64,000 nt of DNA from Nitrospirota bacterium (GTDB lineage: Bacteria; Nitrospirota; UBA9217): positions 3,008,001-3,072,000 of the forward strand of contig OY760142.1 of the NCBI GenBank assembly GCA_963663225.1, written 5' to 3'. Under the pieces are notes generated by a model that was not told where the DNA came from, made no database searches, and saw nothing but the letters and a program-made list of their open reading frames with translations. The position numbers were made by a program, and so were the translations under genes. Shown piece by piece: positions 61,316-64,000 of this stretch (the stretch's first letter is position 1; every line of letters begins with the position of its first letter).

Positions 61316-62995
61316 ATGAGAATAGGTCTGGACGTTGGAGGGACCCATACCGATGCGGTGCTGGTTGGCAAGCAAGGGATCATTGCCACGGCGAAAGTCA
61401 AGACAGATCACGAACAACTTCTGAACTCGGTACTTCCCGCTTTAAAAGAGGTGCTCGGGACAGCCGATCGGAAGAGTGTTGAGAATATAACTCTGAGCAC
61501 GACCCTGACGACGAATGCGCTCCTGGAGAATAAAACTGATCAGGTCGGTGTTATCGTCTCTTCCGGGCCAGGGATAGATCCGCAGCATTACCGCATGGGT
61601 GACGCGTATTATGTCATCGACGGATCCATCGACCACCGCGGCATGGAAAAGAAATCCCTCGACACGAAACAGCTTGAACAGGCAGTCAGTGCCTGCCAGA
61701 AACGTGGGGTCAAAGCGTATGCAGTCGCGACAAAGTTTTCGACCCGCAACCCCAGCCATGAACTCCTTATGGAAGCTGCCGTCGGAAAAGATGCCTCTGT
61801 CATCACCGCAGGACACCGCCTTTCGGGCGGGTTGAATTTCCCGCGGCGGATTACGACCGCGTACTTCAACTCGGCCGTGTCGCGGCAGTTTAACGAGTTC
61901 GCCCATGCCGTGGAAACCGGCATCACCGGGCTCGGCATCACCGCGCCGACCACAGTGCTCAAAGCGGACGGCGGCACCATGTCCCTCGCGGCCTCACGCA
62001 TTGCTCCGGTGCAGTCAATTCTTTCAGGACCTGCTGCCAGCATCATGGGCATTGCCGCATTGTGCTCCATTGTCCACGACGCCGTCATCCTCGACATTGG
62101 CGGCACTTCAACGGACATTGCGGTCTTTGCAAAAGGATCTCCCCTGCTCGAGCAGGAAGGCATCTCCCTCCGCGGGAATCCCACACTGGTGCGCTCACTC
62201 AAAACAATGTCGATTGCAATGGGCGGCGATTCAACAATCCGCGTCGCTGACGGACGGCTGTCGGTCGGTCCTGACCGCTCAGAACCTTGCATGGCAGCTG
62301 GCGGCGCATATCCTGCCCTTATCGACGCGTTGAATATTACCGGAGAGGCGAATTTTGGCGACACCGATGCGTCACGCCGCGGCATCACGGAACTTGCCCG
62401 GAGCGCCGGAACCACCCCCGAGGCGCTTTCCAACGAAGCTGTTACCATCGCCGTCACGACGATAACAAAAGCCGTACAACGCATGGTCAGGGAAATACAG
62501 GAGCGACCGGTCTATACCATCCATGATCTGCTGCACGCTGAGCGTATTGCCCCGTCTCAGGTGTATATCGTCGGCGGCCCTGCAAAAGCCTTTGCCGACC
62601 GGCTCTCATCCTCACTCGGCATGCAGACGATTGTGCCGCGACTCCACTCTGTGGCAAACGCGATAGGTGCGGCTGTCACGCGGACGACCATGGAACTTGA
62701 ACTTTTTGCTGATACCGAACGGCAGGTTCTGCTCGTGCCCCGTCTCTCGGTGCAGAAAAAAATTTCCGCGAATTACTCCCTGGAGCAGGCCCGCAAGGAC
62801 GCAGTGCAGTACCTTCGTACATCGCTTGATGCTTCTCTGCAATCCGCCGATGAAATACCGGTGCAGATTCTGGAGGCCTCCTCCTTCAACATGATCCAGG
62901 ATTCCCGCATGGTCGGGAGGAATATGAGGGTCCGGTGTCAGATCAGACCGGGACACAGTGAGGAATATCTCGATGGTGTGAGGTCGTCATGCTGA
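61316..62995 (+). CDS. Hydantoinase/oxoprolinase A-family protein
   Basis: GLDVGGTHTD, STTLTTN, SGPAAS, DIGGTSTD, ANAIGAA. Start set at ATG 61316. Confidence 0.9.
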   Translation: MRIGLDVGGTHTDAVLVGKQGIIATAKVKTDHEQLLNSVLPALKEVLGTADRKSVENITLSTTLTTNALLENKTDQVGVIVSSGPGIDPQHYRMGDAYYVIDGSIDHRGMEKKSLDTKQLEQAVSACQKRGVKAYAVATKFSTRNPSHELLMEAAVGKDASVITAGHRLSGGLNFPRRITTAYFNSAVSRQFNEFAHAVETGITGLGITAPTTVLKADGGTMSLAASRIAPVQSILSGPAASIMGIAALCSIVHDAVILDIGGTSTDIAVFAKGSPLLEQEGISLRGNPTLVRSLKTMSIAMGGDSTIRVADGRLSVGPDRSEPCMAAGGAYPALIDALNITGEANFGDTDASRRGITELARSAGTTPEALSNEAVTIAVTTITKAVQRMVREIQERPVYTIHDLLHAERIAPSQVYIVGGPAKAFADRLSSSLGMQTIVPRLHSVANAIGAAVTRTTMELELFADTERQVLLVPRLSVQKKISANYSLEQARKDAVQYLRTSLDASLQSADEIPVQILEASSFNMIQDSRMVGRNMRVRCQIRPGHSEEYLDGVRSSC

Positions 62996-64000
62996 AAGCC
63001 AACAACCGATTAGGAATCATCTTTTTCCCGGCATATGACTGGGCAATAAGCCCCACGCATCCCGAGCGCGAAGAGCGCCTTCTGTACACCCAGGACCAGC
63101 TTCGGGAAGAAGGCATCTTTGACATCGAAGGCATTTCTGAATATAAACCGGACGTAGCATCGTTGGAGGATGTTTCACGGGTGCATTTCTGCATTCCCGA
63201 TGTCAGCGCTGTCACGACCGAATCTCACCTTATCTCGGCCGGAGGGGCCATCAAAGCCGCGCGACTCGTACTGGAAGGAGCAGCTGACAAGGCATTCGCG
63301 CTGGTACGGCCGCCCGGACACCACGCCATGAAGGTGGTGCACGGCAACCGCGGATTCTGCAATATCAATATCGAAGCCATAATGATCGAATATGTCCGCG
63401 AACACTACGGCCAAAAGCGCATTGCCATCGTCGACACCGATTGCCACCACGGCGACGGCACGCAGGACATTTACTGGCATGATCCCAATACGCTTTTCAT
63501 TTCGCTCCACCAGGACGGCAGGACATTGTATCCCGGCTCTGGTTTTGTCGAAGAAAACGGCGGCCCGAATGCGCGCAACAAAACCATCAATATCCCTTTG
63601 CCGCCCGAAACGTGCGACGACGGGTTTCTGCATGTCATCGATAACATTGTGCTGCCGATTCTTGCAGACTTCAAACCAGACCTTATTGTCAATTCCGCTG
63701 GCCAGGACAACCACTATTCAGACCCGATTACGAATATGAAATTCTCGGCGCAGGGTTATGCTCTTCTGAACCGGAAGCTGAATCCTCACATCGCCGTGCT
63801 CGAAGGCGGGTATTCGATCCAGGGCGCCCTGCCCTACGTGAATTGCGGAATCACCCTTGCCATGGCGGGCCTCGATTTCAACACGCTTCGCGAGCCCGAT
63901 TATAATCCGGCACAGCTGAAACAAAATGACCGTATCACGGAATATATTAAACAACTCAGTGATACGGTCCTCGGTAAATACTTCGGCCCCGCGGTGCCCC
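62989..64000 (+). CDS. Histone deacetylase-family amidohydrolase, 3' end cut by the window edge
   Basis: Manual translation from ATG 62989: HPERE, RPPGHHA, GFC, DTDCHHGDGTQ, SAGQD, LEGGY. Overlaps the upstream gene by 7 nt. Confidence 0.92.
   Translation, partial: MLKANNRLGIIFFPAYDWAISPTHPEREERLLYTQDQLREEGIFDIEGISEYKPDVASLEDVSRVHFCIPDVSAVTTESHLISAGGAIKAARLVLEGAADKAFALVRPPGHHAMKVVHGNRGFCNINIEAIMIEYVREHYGQKRIAIVDTDCHHGDGTQDIYWHDPNTLFISLHQDGRTLYPGSGFVEENGGPNARNKTINIPLPPETCDDGFLHVIDNIVLPILADFKPDLIVNSAGQDNHYSDPITNMKFSAQGYALLNRKLNPHIAVLEGGYSIQGALPYVNCGITLAMAGLDFNTLREPDYNPAQLKQNDRITEYIKQLSDTVLGKYFGPAVP

Overview
A gene-dense, mostly core-chromosome window from a bacterium, probably an anaerobe or facultative anaerobe. 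The gene content and order (xerD next to a DHH-CBS tRNA nucleotidyltransferase, pyrR..carB-greA, Ech, selAB, cti) suggest a Nitrospirota or Desulfobacterota-like lineage, but this is inference only. The main blocks, left to right, are: a partial SPOR gene, queA and a small operon ending in a Na/Pi cotransporter; hypAB with a complete echABCDEF group-4 [NiFe] hydrogenase preceded by both sigma54-like and sigma70-like promoters; a tRNA nucleotidyltransferase and xerD; a B12 radical SAM gene and a PocR/PAS hybrid kinase; a PyrR-attenuated pyrimidine operon that lacks pyrB and carries a PflX-like radical SAM gene between carA and carB; a second group-4-like complex (Ehr/Hyf-like) whose large subunit has lost the Ni-binding cysteines; glnE, rnr, cti and a beta-carbonic anhydrase; and selA-selB-pgm-hydantoinase-HDAC. 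Elements not in the ORF track include a solitary integron attC site behind an AT-rich orphan gene, a 59-aa gene resembling a stand-alone MerR C-terminal domain, a GC-rich cloverleaf REP-like element, a bidirectional promoter with overlapping -10 boxes, and several apparently leaderless genes. I recognised no rRNA, tRNA, CRISPR array or transposase. Family assignments come from motif recognition by eye, not database searches, and I cannot establish a wholly new system from the sequence alone.
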